Shown piece by piece: positions 38,743 to 56,252 of a DNA stretch of 64,000 nt. The DNA lies in contig OX597821.1 in assembly GCA_951406725.2 (NCBI GenBank), positions 9,486,001 through 9,550,000 of the forward strand, given 5' to 3'. The stretch's first letter is position 1. Every line of letters begins with the position of its first letter. The notes beneath the pieces were generated by a model. That model was given only the letters and a program-made list of their open reading frames with translations. It did not search any database and was not told where the DNA came from. The stretch comes from Octopus vulgaris. Its lineage: Eukaryota. The position numbers were made by a program, and so were the translations under genes.

Positions 38743-41485
38743 AGGAAGGAAGGTGAGAATAAGGAAGAGTTAAAGAACAGAAAGAAAAGACGTTTAGGGC
38801 AATAAAAAATATCTAGCGAAGAATAATGAACGTTTCAGAAAAATAGCTAAACGTGCGAACAAAAAAGAAAACCATTTCATGTTCACGTAAACCAGCGAAT
38901 ATAATAAACATCTGAAATGACAGATATAAGAAATGTGAAAGTAAAAAAAATAGCAAAAGTTTGAGGAGGTTAAAGATAGGTTACGGAATGCCATGCTGTA
39001 GTGATGGCAAGAAAGGTATTAGCATTGCCAATATCTGGAAAAGCTAAACACGGAGGAAGTAAACAAAACAATATAATCAATAAATACAGCAAAAATAAAA
39101 TAATAAACAGAATGTAGTACTGGTTGAGAAGCGCAAGATTGAAATATGATACTGAAAGATTCTTCCTAGTAGTACAGAAGGAAAATTACACTTAGATGCA
39201 TTAAAAAACTTCTGTTTTTATGCACAGAAAACCAAGCCGATATTCAGAACTAAAAACAGATATGTGAAGCTATAAACATGATTAGAAAAGGCAGGAAAGA
39301 ATAAAAATGTAACTATATTGATGTGATATGTCAATCCACAATGACAGGTAGATCAAAACCAATCAATAGAAACTTGGTTAAAAATTTTAGTTGCCTTTAA
39401 TCATTCCATTGTAATCCCATACCCCAGAGCGCTAGTCATATTATATAAATGAAAAACTATAATGACCCTGCTTTTTGTTTCTTTATCTGTATTTGCATTA
39501 CAATGCCTAATGGAGAGCTTGAAGCAGAAAATCGAAACTAAAAAAATATATAAATATTTTATTATATGGAAAACTCAAGTTAATTTATTGCTGAAACTAT
39601 AAAAAAATTGCTTTGTAACTCATCTCTGATTTCAGACTTACCGAGATCTACCTTGCCACAAACTCATACATTAGCGAATAAAACCTTATTCCTAAAATGT
39701 CAGGGACTTTTCCAATTTTTATTCATCCTGCTACCTTCTCTCGCTTATAAGTGAATTTATTATGGCGAGTTTCATAAATATTAGCACCGTCTTTGATTTA
39801 GTATATACAAATGTTTTCAAAGATTGTCATTTTTACAATATTAACCCGATGGACTGCATCAGAGTGAACGCCAGAAAATGTACCTCGAAGGTGACATGGT
39901 GTATAATGGACGACGGACTACGTACACCGTTTAAGAAATATTAATACGTCAGGAGATATACTTAGTTTCTATCTACCGGAATTTCATTACAATGCTGTAT
40001 TTTTTTGTCCTGGGATATGATGGGAAATTGTCGCACGAAATTCTGCTCATTGGATCAAAATCAACCTATGTGCTAAGGAAGACATTAAGGAAGCAGCTGA
40101 AAGTAGAGTGCTGTATAACATGATGAAGCGCATGGGGAAAATGAAGAATTTCTTAAGAAAAAAAAAGAAACAAATATTAATAATATTATCAACTGTATAT
40201 GCTACTTGTATTATATATAAAGGCTCTATTACAGAAGAAAGTATTTCATTTCAATCTCCAGTCTTACGTGATGCGTTTAAGTGAAGTAAATGTAATCGCC
40301 TTTGTTTGTATTTTTACCCTACATGAAGAATAAAAATAAGTAATTACTATTTTCCGATAGTGCTTTAGATTTACGAGAATGCATCTAAATATGCATCGAA
40401 AGATGATTATGTTTGTTATCTAAACTTGGCCGCATGGTTAAAAAATACAATTCGTAATTATATGCTTCAGAATACGGCCACACAGTATTGCATCGTCTAT
40501 AATCATGTGGGTACACAGTGTGTAATGTTCCAACAGAAAGATTGAATCTCTAATTCAAAATTTTAATTCTTCCGCTCAGCATGTTACACTATTTCAGACG
40601 CTAATTTATCCTGAAGATAGCATAAACTGTCCGGTTGTCTGCCAAAATAATACAATGTGTAGGTAGTTATGTTTTCCTAGAAACAACTGAAATAGTAAAC
40701 GTGAAATGTGACAAAGATCCATTTATATGTAGTCACTTATATGCGTGTTGTATGTTTTGGCCTTATTGGATGCTTACACAAATGTGTAGAATGAACACGA
40801 ACTTCGACGTGTCTTGTGTCAAACGTAATTAGATCAACATACTTTTGAAAACAAACTTAGATATTCATTTCTAGGAATTCCTTTGATTTCTAAATATATT
40901 TTATAATTATTTTTAGTCAACAATATGTGGAAGCAGGCTTCAGCATATTATATTATTCATCAAGCTTAGATTAACACAATAGCCTTTATACGAACAATCA
41001 CGCATAGATGACATATTAATGAAAAGGCTTTATGCTTTACACATTCTTTGAGTTACATTACAATACTGATCATTTGCCGCTTTACCATCGATATGAATGC
41101 CCACACAGAATACATAATAAACGTATTTCTCTGAATAATTCCCCTATGTATTCAACACTATGTTCATTAAAAGTGCAGTTCACACTAAATTACATATACT
41201 TACCACAGGTTTCTTCACACTTTAATCAGGGTCACAATCAGGTGACGATGTCTTGGCTTAAGAATGACACGGCCGCACTAGAAACTGGTTCAATATTGAA
41301 CACGAGATATAGTTTCTTCCTCATGGACACATCCTAAAGTGCGCCACTTCCAAGTATTGAATTATCCACCCTCTATAATCAGGACATAAATATCTTTACC
41401 ACTAAACCTTCATAATATCTTTGAAAAGCAAGTAGCAGTATCAGAAACAAAGAGATTGCTGTTCTTTTCCATCAATGTTAGGCTA

Positions 41486-41894
41486 TACTCTCTTTACTCT
41501 TTTACTTGTTTCAGTCATTTGACAGCGGCCATGCTAGAGCACCGCCTTTAATCGAGCAACTCGACCCCGGGACTTATTCTTTGTAAGCCCAGTACTTATT
41601 CTATTGGTCTATTTTGCCGAACCACCGAGTGACGGGAACATAAACACACCAGCATTGGTTGTCAAGCAATGCTAGGAGGACAAACACAAACATACACATA
41701 CACACAGATATATATACATATACATATATACGACGGGTTTCTTTCAGTTTCCGTCTACCAAATCCACTCACAAGGCTTTGGTCGTCCCGAGGCTATAGCA
41801 GAAGACACTTGCCCAAGGTGCCACGCAGTGGGAGTGAACCCGGAACCATGTGGTTGGTAAGCAAGCTACTTACCACACAGCCACTCCTGCGCCT
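41486..41894 (-). mobile_element. Full-length tRNA-derived SINE (family A) with CORE-like block and internal (TA/TG)n
   Basis: Minus strand: aggcgcaggagTGGCTGTGTGGtaag...GGTTCACTCCC (A/B boxes), accttgggcaagtgtcttc (CORE-like), internal microsatellite, 3' gtaaaagagtaaagagagta tail. At least 7 copies in the window. Confidence 0.88.
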
Positions 41895-42372
41895 GTGATG
41901 AATGATTTATTCCGTCGTAGATCGTGCGGATGGTATTGTAAAGTTCTTAGTTATATGAGGAATCTATGTCGAACTATTGAATATTTGGATAGTTTAGTAC
42001 TCATCACTTATAATAATTTTTTGGGAAAGTAGTATTGCCTGCATGTACCCTGCCGTCGGTATCTTCTGTGACTCTGATTCCTTTAATCCTAATTACTTAA
42101 TGCTTTCCATAATATAAAATACGTGAGGAACTTAACTAGTGAATATCTTTACATTTTCCTCATTTACAAATAAACAACAATACACATACATATCTATACA
42201 GATACCTATCTATAGAGATACAAACCACACAAATCACACTCACACACACACACATATATATATATATATGCACATATATAAGTATATATATTTATTAATA
42301 TAATATTCATATATATATATATACATATATACATATATGTACATATGTATATATACATATATTATGTATGTA

Positions 42373-42454
<82 letters not shown>

Positions 42455-43949
42455 CATAAACAAAAGAAAACACGAGGAAAAAACAGAAAAATAACAACGT
42501 GAGGACGTGGTACAAGCAAAGTATTAAAAGACGCTCAGAGAAGGAAAGAATGGGTGTTTTATGTTTCGAGCAAAGCTCTTCTTCATAGAGAGGAGACAGA
42601 GGAAAAGCCATGAGAAGAGGAAGACGGAGGAAAAAATCGCCAACAATCCACATGTAGTTACAAAGCCCTTCTTGCAATCTGCGTAGTAAAAGAGATCTCA
42701 CTTGAAGTACTGGATTTTAGTTACAACTCTATACTGGTACAGTGTCTCTGTGAATAAAATGCGTTGAGATATATAAAGCTTTGTAAAATGATGACACTTT
42801 CTAACATTATTGCGAAGCCAAATAGTGGCGACAAGCAAGTAAGATTTTATTTTATCATTATGTCATTTTATACGAGTCGTTTGATAACTGACATCCACTA
42901 TGAAACTCATATAACATTTAAAAGAGCAATATGATGAAAAGTCAATATAAACGTTTAAATACACATATGAGGAAGAAATATCGTAACCTCTAAAAACTAA
43001 TACAGGTATAGAAGACAAAGGCCACAGCCTTGTGGCTAAAGTGTATAAAAGAATAGGAAATTCATAAATATTTAAGTTACTAACATAAAATGGTACTCGT
43101 TAGCTTTTTAAATCAAATGAATTAGCGATCGCTTGAAGTAACTTAGTAATTTAAAATACATTTAAAATATCCACGAATTTATTTAGCTTCTTTTGTATCT
43201 AGTCTCTTATAATTCTCGTATTTATTTAATATTATAGTCGAAATACATGTATGCATATTCTTGGTTTGCTCACTTGAGACACGTCTGCCCCATCTTTACA
43301 CAGTTCGTCTATTTTTCGTAGATGCAAGCGTGGGTCAAATTTACAGCGATATTGGGTTTTTGGCGTCACGAAAACGCTAGGAATGAGTTACTGGATGTTT
43401 ACAAGTAGTCTGTTCTAAGATGGAAATTTGTTTAAATGTCCTCCGCTTGGCTGTGCGATAGAACGTTTTTACCTTTCTACACATACGAAAGTGCATAAAT
43501 CTATATGTCTACGAGAGAGGTGCTCGGCACGAGTTGGCTGATACAGCTGGGAAAAGTGATTGAGTTCCCACATGATTCTAAAATCATTTGTGAAGAAGTT
43601 TATGATAGACGATTTCATGAACGGAAAAATATTCTATTATGCAACAAAAAGGTCAACTATATTTTCAGGCAGACTCTTTTTGCTGGGATAGAACAGATAT
43701 TTTCAACTGCCAAATTTCTCTTCTCCGTATAAAATACGAACATATCCAAACTTTACTCTTCATTGTTTTACAGATAGAAGAAAACTACTATCGGTTTCAG
43801 CAGACAACTTTTAATGTTTAAATAAAAATTTGCTGATGTTTTTCTAATGAAAACTTAAATTTCAAATATAAAACAGTAAGAAAGCAACAGCACTACACGA
43901 CCACATTTTGAATAACAATATTTTATTTCATTCCTACCGCTATCGTTGC

Positions 43950-44196
43950 TTTTTATCTGTTATTTCTTTCTGTCATTAGATTGCAACCACACTTATGCAC
44001 CGCCTTGAAGAATAGATCAATCCTAGTACTTATTTTTCTTTAAGTCCGGCACTTATTCAGTCGGTTTTCTTACCGAACCCTTAGATTACGTGGACGTAAA
44101 CACACCAAAATCAACTGTCAAGCCGCCTTGGAGGACACACAGAAACTCCCTTTCCGTATCTCTCTCTTTTCTCTCTCTCTCTCTCTGAAATATGCA

Positions 44197-44239
<43 letters not shown>

Positions 44240-44665
44240 ACACACTCACAAACACACACATATATATATAAACATCGCCATGTTGATTCGTTAGTTACTG
44301 CACGCATTTTTTTTTCTCTCCTTCTTTCTGTGTTTTTTTTCTCTCTGTGTATCTTTCTGTTGAAGAGCGTAGGCTCGAAACGTTAAAGACTTGTTTTATT
44401 TATATTTCCTGAGCGCCATACTAATACAATTGTTTGTTTGTTTTCCACCTGCCTTCGTCTTTTGTCTATTTTCATAAAGCTTCCCGTTATATATAAATAT
44501 ACTAAGGGCTTGTTCCAGTTTCCGTCTACCAAATCCACTGATAAGTCTTTGGTCGGTCTGATGCTATAGTGGAAGCCAATATCCCACGATGCTACTCAGT
44601 GAGATTGAAACTGGTACTACGTGGTTAGAAAGCAAACTTCTTACTACACAGTCACTTCTGTGCTT
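43950..44665 (-). mobile_element. Degraded family-A SINE carrying a plus-strand Penelope-like pLTR fragment (about 44272-44490) in its internal (TA)n
   Basis: SINE halves on both sides. The insert contains tcttt-CTGTTGA-A-GAGC-gtag-GCTC-GAAA-CG-TT-aaaga (44352-44389). Confidence 0.7.
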
Positions 44666-44680
44666 GAAATAATTGATATA

Positions 44681-44740
44681 CCTCTCACGAGATTCGAACC
44701 CAATATCCCCGGTTTAGGAGGCCGGTTTCTTATGCATTGA
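44681..44740 (-). pseudogene. 5'-truncated tRNA-Arg(CCT)-like relic or SINE head
   Basis: aatgcataagaaaCCGG-cctcctaaa-CCGGggatattgGGTTCGAATCtcgtgagagg has an anticodon arm with CCT and a T-loop. The 5' acceptor strand is missing. Confidence 0.55.
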
Positions 44741-45837
44741 TTAATATTCATAAAGTAATTATGTCTATCATACCGTCATTTTCAACACTTTATTGAAAAC
44801 ATTAAATATAAAGACAAGGTGATCAATGACAAAAAAAACAGTGTGGGCTTAAGTAGTAAAAATGTCGGAAGGATGTAATTTCACTAAAGATATCACAATA
44901 AGTCTTAGTAAAAGAGCTAATGAGGCAGATTAAAAGCATCGGTTGTAAGAGCTGCAGAAGTCGTGATATTTTCACCATTATTGGCAGACGAAGTAAAAGA
45001 ATTATAAAAAAAAGCATTTGAAAACTGGTGGTAAAAACAACAGAAATCATTTCTGGTTTGGCAGCTGGATTAATGGTATAGTACTAGAAACATTGCATTG
45101 ATTCCAAAATTCCTCGTATAAATCACTTGAATTCCAAGCAGCAAGGGTAATTATATTCTAAAAAGTGTCAATTCGATGAAAGTCAAATAGTGAAATATGT
45201 TAGTGTGCTGAAAAGCAACATTAGTTTTTGAAACAGTCGTCCTTCGACAAAAAGAAAATAATAATAACTTGCCAAAATATCATATATTTATTCTTTCTTT
45301 AATATTCTTGTATTCTGCGGTTTTAATGGGTTCTCTTTTGGAATGCATCAAATTCCAGGGAATTGCCTTCAAGTAATTTCAGTGAATTTCTATCGAAGTC
45401 AATAGTTTTCAGAGTACTTATCTCAATATTACAAAGAAAAGGTAACAAAATATTAAAGAAAAAGAATTATTACTCATCTGGTCTGTATAAGAGTACATTT
45501 CAAACTTCTATCTTAGAGACCGATGTCGTGTTAGTCTATCGTAATGTTGTATATATAACTTTGTATTTTATATTAGAGTACAACATGCTCTCGTTATAAA
45601 ATAACTCTGACAAAAAAGAGTACGAAAAAAATTCAGTTTCTCGTAATGTTGGTTTAAACTGTAGTGAAATGATCCGTGGAACGAAAGAGGGCTGAAAAGT
45701 CTCTAGTCCGCATTGAGGGCAGAGCCGAGAAATGCTGCATACATTAATTCCTTATGCTTACAAGTGCTTTATATTGTTCCAGGTAAAGTGACACCTGAGT
45801 GTTCAAAGAATTTATCAAAAGCGACTAATTGCAATTT

Positions 45838-46105
45838 CTCTGGAAAATCAATAAAAATTGGCAGAATTTTGTTATAAAGTACCTGCATGAAATGCGGTTT
45901 GACCAGAACAACATTTATGCTATATTAGGGGACTCATCAAGAATGCAAAAGTGGGCAGCTGAATGTGAGCTTAGGGGCGAGAGTTCAAGGTGACACAAGG
46001 TCTGGACCGCCTGCAACTTCCACTACCATGAAAATCATTGATGGTGATGGATGCCATGCGCGATGGACTATAAATCAAATGGCAAATGCGAGAGAGTTGA
46101 GAATA
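45838..46105 (+). mobile_element. Fossil mariner transposase, 5' part (continues at 50456-50620)
   Basis: ...VIKYLH......ILGDS....KWAAE.....DTRSGPPATSTT...MVMD...TINQMANA..RVEN, resuming after the insertion as VENILHNE.GKTKFSALWVSCLLTTD. Confidence 0.7.
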
Positions 46106-46404
46106 CTGTTCTATATTTAAGAGATGAGGAATTATTCACATTATTTACATTTGACGGATACTTGTCTTCATCTTGTTTGTTGTAAACACAACTTTTCGGC
46201 TGATATACCCACCAGATTTCATCAGGTGTCTTGGGGAAATTTCGAACCTGGGTTCTCGTGTCAAAGGTATTGTTCGATATTCTTCTTCTTCTTCTTCTTC
46301 TTCTTCTTCTTCTTCTTCTTCTTCTTCTTCTTCTTCTTCTTCTTCTTCTTCTTCTTCTTCTTCTTCTTCTTCTTCTTCTTCTCATTATTATTATTATTAT
46401 TATT

Positions 46405-47216
46405 CAGTAGTTTTATTTTTATAGCGTGCTTTCACTTCACTACCGAGCGCAGCTCTGTGTGCCTTGGGTATGTGCTGTGATTTGTTGTGATGCTCTGATG
46501 GTTATTGTATGGAAAGTGTTCTGCGTAGGATGTGTGCAGTGCCTAGTAGTGCAATTTTCTGTATGTTATATGTGTATGTAAGTCCTGGTGTTTTTGTTAT
46601 GCATTTGTCTGAATATTTTTTATCATGCCTAATGCACCTACTATGATAGAAATTGTTTCTGTTTTCAGGTTCCACATTCTAGTTACCTCTATTTCCAGGT
46701 CTTTGTATTTTGAGAGTTTCTCCATTTCTTTTAGAGACACGTTGTCATCTGCTGGTATTGATACATCAATTAGAAAGCATTTTTTTCTTCATGATATCTG
46801 ACAACTATATCTGGTCTGTTGGCCTTAATTTCTCTATCTGTGTGTATCGGCATATCCCAGAGTATGGTTGCTTTCTCGTTTTCTGTGACCTTTTCTGGTG
46901 TGTGCCTATACCATTTTTTTCTGTTGTTATTCCATAATGTTGGCATAGCTTCCAATGTATGTAGGTTCCAACTCTGTCATGTCTGTGAATATATTCCTTC
47001 TTAGCCAGGACTGGGCAGCTAGAGATAATATGATTTATTGTTTCTTGTCCATCTCCACATATTCTGCAGTTACTTGTAATATTTCTTTTCATTACATGTT
47101 TTTGGTAATTTCTGGTGGGGAGGCTTTGGTCTTGTGCTGCAATTAAAAATCCCTCTGTTTCTGCTTTGAGTCCTGAGCTTCTCAACCATTGCTGGGATTT
47201 TTCTTTGTCTATTTCG

Positions 47217-47219
<3 letters not shown>
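46405..47219 (-). mobile_element. 3' fragment of R4/Dong-like LINE in (TAA)n
   Basis: WLRSSGLKAETEGFLIAAQDQSLPTRNY...CRICG...ETINHIISSC (CCHC), RHD, LWD...ANRPDIVV (restriction-like endonuclease). Confidence 0.88.
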
Positions 47220-47268
<49 letters not shown>

Positions 47269-47455
47269 TATTATTATTATTATTGTTATTGTTATTGTTG
47301 TTTTTGTTGATATTCACGTCACTGCGTGGCATCGAACTCGGAATCTTGGCGTTAGTACACCCTACTCTTAACCACCTCACCCACGAGAATATGGCGTCGT
47401 GGTTAAGAGCGCGGGCTACTAACCTCAAGATTCCGAATTCGATTCAATGTAGTGA

Positions 47456-47509
<54 letters not shown>

Positions 47510-47529
47510 TAATAATAATAATAATAATG

Positions 47530-49904
<2,375 letters not shown>

Positions 49905-49918
49905 ATAATAATAATAAT

Positions 49919-50291
49919 GACAAGATCATTATTATAAATACTTGCTAATAGAAATTGAAAAAATGTGGCATTTCAAGGCCAGTGATTGTAGGATCTCTAG
50001 GAATGATGAAAACGTTACTGAAACCTATTTGAAAATGATACCAGGCATACCATCCCTACATGAAGTGCAAAAAAATCGTGTTAAATGGAACGGCTCAGGT
50101 ACTGAGAGGAGCACTAACGCTGTGAAAACAACATCCATTCATGAATGTATTTATTTATTAATTTTTTAAACACATATTTCACCTGTGAATTTGCGTGTGC
50201 AATCTAGGAATGCATACAATGAGTTTCTCTGCCCTATGTGTACGGAAAACACTCGGCGAGAAACGGAAGAAGATTTGAAGAAAGAAGGAAA
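49919..50291 (+). mobile_element. Second short R4/Dong-like 3' fragment
   Basis: YKYLLIEIEKMWHFKA...YLKMIPGIPSLHEVQK parallels the end of the preceding element. Ends in (AAT)n. Confidence 0.75.
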
Positions 50292-51118
50292 ATAATAATA
50301 ATAATAATAACATCGAAAAATACCTTAGGAATGAGAACCCAGGTTCGAAGTTTATCCAAGACAACCGATGAAGGCTGGAGGGTATATCAACCAAAACATT
50401 GCGTTAACAAATATGATGAGGACAAATATCTGCCAAATGTAAATAATGTAAATAAAGTTGAGAATATTCTGCACAATGAATATTGGAAAGACGAAGTTTT
50501 CTGCCCTGTGGGTTTCATGTCTTCTGACAACTGATTGAAACTGCAGCAGGCTGCTTATGTCGCAGCAAATACTAATATTCCTTCATGCCGATTCAGCTTG
50601 TGCAGCAAATATCCTAGAACGGCAACACCGATGGATGAAGTGTGATGACCGAAAAGGTATCTATCTTGAAAATTAAACTCGTATGGGAACATTCGATGAG
50701 AATATATTGGCAAGCCTTTGAAAATTTGAGACCACACTTATAAAACGGATTTCCTTTGGAAACTAATACGATTATTCACAAACAAATGCGGTATGTGTAG
50801 ATGCGCTGAAAATGACGTTACTCATTTGGCCTTCTTCTCAAATTGATCACTTCTATATCGGCTTCAAACAAAACGCATTTGAATCTGCAAGCTATATAAC
50901 GAAAGAACATAAAAGCCCATGAATACATAATGGATTTGATGTCGAAATCTATTATGTAATAATGCTATGTTGAAATGGATTCATACACAAGCTTAGAATG
51001 ATTGAGATGTAATCGTAAGCCTTCAGAATTAAGACATCACATTGTCTCTGAAATTATCCAGCATAAAATTACCTCACAAAAACAACGAGTTAAAGTGTTT
51101 TAGAATATATATATATAA

Positions 51119-51170
<52 letters not shown>

Positions 51171-51207
51171 GTATGTGGACATATATGTATATATATGTAT
51201 GTGTGCA

Positions 51208-51304
<97 letters not shown>

Positions 51305-51367
51305 TATATATACACATATATATATATACATATATATGTATACATATATATATATACACATACGTAT

Positions 51368-51402
<35 letters not shown>

Positions 51403-51491
51403 CACATACATATATACATACATATATATATATACAAGCATACATATAAACACACACATATATACATATATATATATATATATATACATAC

Positions 51492-51544
<53 letters not shown>

Positions 51545-52350
51545 CAGAAAAGCAAAAGAGGAAGAAGGGTTTATAAACATGTTTGGGGCTCGGGAGGGTG
51601 TAAAGTCTTCTACGTTTCGCGCCTACGCTCTTCAACAGAAAAGTACACGATGAAATAAAAAGAGAGAGAATATAAAAACAAACTAGTGGAGTTAGCGTTC
51701 AATGATGTCGTCTGCTTGGACAATTGTAGTGAGACAGGAGATCTAGGAAGAGGGGGAGATAATAAGGTTATGCGATTCCAAAATGTAAGTGCACGTGCGT
51801 GTGCGTATGTGAGGGTGCTTAAATGCGTGTGTGTGGATAAGGGCTGGTGTCTTTGACGTGTGGATATGTGCGTGTGTAAGTGTGTGCATCTGTAATGTGC
51901 GGGTGTGTTAATGATAGTGTGGGTGCTGGGAAGTGCTGGGTATTCTATACGAAGAGAAATTTAACAGTTGAGATCATCTGTTCTATCCAAGCAAAATGAG
52001 TCTCCAAGCAAAATGAATTCTAATGGCCCCTGTGCAAAGAAAATCCGAAAACAGACAGGTGTTATAATGAATTACCGGTAGAACGGAAATGGTGCGAGAC
52101 AAGGGTGTCATTGTCTAGTCTAATATCTCGGAGATGCCTCGCGAACCGGTCATCCAAGCGGCGTCCCGTTTGACCGATGTGCAGAGAAGGAGAGAGCAGA
52201 AAATGCAGTAACTAATGTTGCTAGAAGTGCAGGTAAAGAGTCAAGGATATGATAGGGACGATGATGGGTGCCTGTGAGGATGGAGGTGTTTGGGAATTAG
52301 GAGCAATGCGGATCTTGGGTGGGGGAATCAAGTTGGGAGGTGGGGTTAGG
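51545..52350 (-). mobile_element. Degenerate Penelope-like element (GIY-YIG remnant plus pLTR with CUGUUGA hammerhead)
   Basis: Minus-strand reading ...FTCTSSNISYCIFCSL...HIGQTGRRLDDRFARHLRDIRLDNDTLVSHHF. Hammerhead motif at 51643-51607. Confidence 0.75.
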
Positions 52351-52456
52351 AAATTAAATATTTAAAATGTGTTGACTTGTACACATACACACGTAAGTGT
52401 ATACATATGTAGAGATATATATCTATATATGTATATACATACACACATACACACAA

Positions 52457-52490
<34 letters not shown>

Positions 52491-53126
52491 ACTCTTCCCC
52501 CCACTCTCTCACAATTCTCTGTCTTTCTCACTTTGCACTCACTAGACAATCCTTGGCACGCACTCTTTCTTCTACCCTCTTTAATTCCTTCTTTCTCTCT
52601 CTTCTCTCCCCCCTTTGTTGCCTTTGTCCCTCTTTCTCTCTCTCTTTGTTTCCTTTGCCCCCTTTCTTTTCTCTCTCTTCATCACGTGACCGCTGGTCAA
52701 AATCAGCCTTTTGGCCTCCGATCACTGCTGTGAGAACATCATTGTCTTCGTCAGCCGATAAAGGCATTTTTTCCAAATACGCCATCTAAACTAAATTGTA
52801 CTGTTTATTAGTCGTAAGACACCCGCTGTTTTTGTCCTGTTTTTACCATTATTGTTTTTTGTATTTTATATTCGTGTGGCATCGTCCGTTTTTCTGTCCC
52901 TGTTTCGTATACATTCGATCCTTCTTCCAAGAAATCTAATGTTCGTAGCTTAGTTTTTCCTTGGGGCTGGCCTGATCGGAGCGATCTCAAGATTAATCAG
53001 CCGAAATTGCTAGGATGATCCGGTTCTTGACTTAAGATTGAAGGCTTCGAATGTCCCGTCAGTGTTTTTTGTATCGTCTTCTAAATGTTTTACGTTCTTG
53101 TACCAGTTTGTATTTTTCTACATATT

Positions 53127-53392
<266 letters not shown>

Positions 53393-53457
53393 TACGGTTT
53401 GACAAAATAGGGGAAACACCTAGTATCATAGTATGAAATTTTTGAAATTGTGTATGG

Positions 53458-53507
<50 letters not shown>

Positions 53508-53861
53508 ATGTGTGTGTCTCTGTGTGTGTGTGTGTAATCAAGTAAAGCTAATGAAACTCATCAAGGCATAATAAATCAATGAAAATAGTGGTTAGATACC
53601 AATCTATAGCCAGTTCAGCGATAAAGTAATGGTATAAACCGTGCTTGATACGTTAATATACGTAACGGCTTATAACTGTTATAGCAGTTATCTCAACATG
53701 TATTTATATATATTTACTACTTCTGAAGAGATTTATCTTATAATGATTTTAATTTTATAACACAATTTTCTAAAGATTTCTGAAACGAAACCGCTGTCAA
53801 ACAAGAATTAATTAATAAATTTTATTCATTACCTCCCAATTTTCTCCTTATTCTTTATATG

Positions 53862-53918
<57 letters not shown>

Positions 53919-54016
53919 ATGTGTATGTGTGTATGTGTGTGTGTACCAATATATGTGTATGTATATATATACATGTACATACATATATATATACTTGTAT
54001 ACATATACATTTATAC

Positions 54017-54081
<65 letters not shown>

Positions 54082-54169
54082 CCTATATATATATATATAT
54101 ATATACATTTATACACATATATAAATATGCATGTATATACACATACCTATATATATCATATATATTCAT

Positions 54170-54219
<50 letters not shown>

Positions 54220-55494
54220 CTATATATATACACACATATATATATATATCCATATATATATTTGTATATACATAAGTGCTTATATATACATATATTTGTA
54301 TATATGTGTATGTGCTTGTGTATACATGTACATATAACATATTTTGTGTATATGCGTAGGTTCCTTATGCATTCCAAATCTCTGTTCGCAACTTTAACTT
54401 TTTGGGCAGTAAAAGTTTCAGTAATCGTTAGGCTACCGCATAAACCTTATTTCCATTTTCATATTTGCATTCAAAAAGGCAATATTATAATCTTTCTATA
54501 CAGTAATTATCTTGATCGACATCTTATACCACAACGACGACGACGTGACATATGTATATGAGTATGTATGCGCTTTGGTTTTGTGTGTGTCTGCGCTGAT
54601 GACTGTGTGTGTTTGTAAGTGTATGTGTGACACTAGATATAAACTTTCGTTCCAACTGACACGCACGCACACATACACACACATACTCACACACACACAT
54701 ACATGTACACATCTAAAACAGAGAGATACACAGAGGAACACGGATAGGCATGATGTGTGCCTGATATATACCTGTCCGAGGTTCTTATATGCATGAGAGG
54801 GAATATGAGAGTGTATGTGTGACAATTTTTATACGTTAGGCCTCAAAAAATTTAACACACAAGCACAGACACGAACACTCATGATTGCACGTTCATTACG
54901 TACGTTAAGTCGTTACTAAGAAGTATGTTTATGATTGTGTGCATCCGTATGAATATATATATATCTGTATGAACATACAGACATTCTTGAGACTATTTAC
55001 ACACGCACTCAGCACACATCTAAAGAGAGAGACACTGACAGAGGGACAGAGATAGGTCTGAGGTGTATATTTGTGTGTTTCTGTCTTAATATATGTATGC
55101 GAGTGCCTGTTAGAGTGTAAGACTTGCGAGTGTATGTGTCATGATTTTTATACGTTAGGCTTAAGACAATTAGACACACACACACATCTAAGCATAAATA
55201 TCTATATGTGCCTGTGAGTGTGTGTGCGTTTCTGCATTAGCTTCATCTATACTAAACCATAGTAAAGACATGTAAACGGTTTTAATGAGCCCATTTTTAA
55301 TGAAATAGCCATCCTTATGTTAGGTGATCACCATGAAAACCGTGATATATTCCTTCGTGCTCGAGATAATAACCTTAAATATCTTTCAGTCAGCTCTGTA
55401 TTATTTCTTGATTTTGCCGGCAAAGCAAAGCTAAGAACACTATACAGAAATTTGTGAGTGCCACCGGAAATTCCCCTTCTCTCTCTGACCCCTC

Positions 55495-55539
<45 letters not shown>

Positions 55540-55541
<2 letters not shown>

Positions 55542-55922
55542 CTTTATTGTTTCCACTCATTTGACTGGGGTCAAGCTGGAGCACCGCCTTTCAGTCATAT
55601 AAATCTACCCCTGAACTTAGTATTTGTAAACTTGGCTCTTAGCCGTCGGTCTCATCTTCTGTCGAACCGCTATGTTACGGGGACGGAAGCACACCAGCAT
55701 CGTTTGTCAAGGGATAGTGGGCGGGGGAAACAAAGAACAAAACATTTACATACATATATATATATATACGACGGGCTTCTTTCATTTTCCCTCTAACAAT
55801 TCCGCTCTCAGGCCATTGGTCGGCCCGAGGCCATACTGGACGACACTTGCGTAAGATGCCACGCAGTCGGACTCAACCCGGATCTATGTAGTTGTGTAGC
55901 AAAATTCTTACCAAACAGCCAC
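55540..55922 (-). mobile_element. Family-A SINE, diverged
   Basis: Collinear with 41486-41894. Confidence 0.8.
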
Positions 55923-55926
55923 GACA

Positions 55927-55986
<60 letters not shown>

Positions 55987-56252
55987 CACACACATAGATA
56001 AATGAGTAACAGTACAGATACTCGAATCGATCCATTACGGCGGTTTGTAACGTTTCCTTTAATTGATTAACGAAAACATTACATTATTGTTGAGAAACCG
56101 TTTCCGTTCCGTCAGATGAATTCCTGAACTTCAAAATTATGGATATTGGAAAGGATTTAACATAATTTAAAATCCACAGAGCAAAAACTTATACTGAGAT
56201 TCGGTTACTATTTCAGTCTTATTTTTATATCTAAATACACTTCTATATATAA

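Noticed and set aside
54700-55200. Degenerate ~310-bp tandem duplication
   Set aside because: Low-complexity and highly diverged, with no sign of function.
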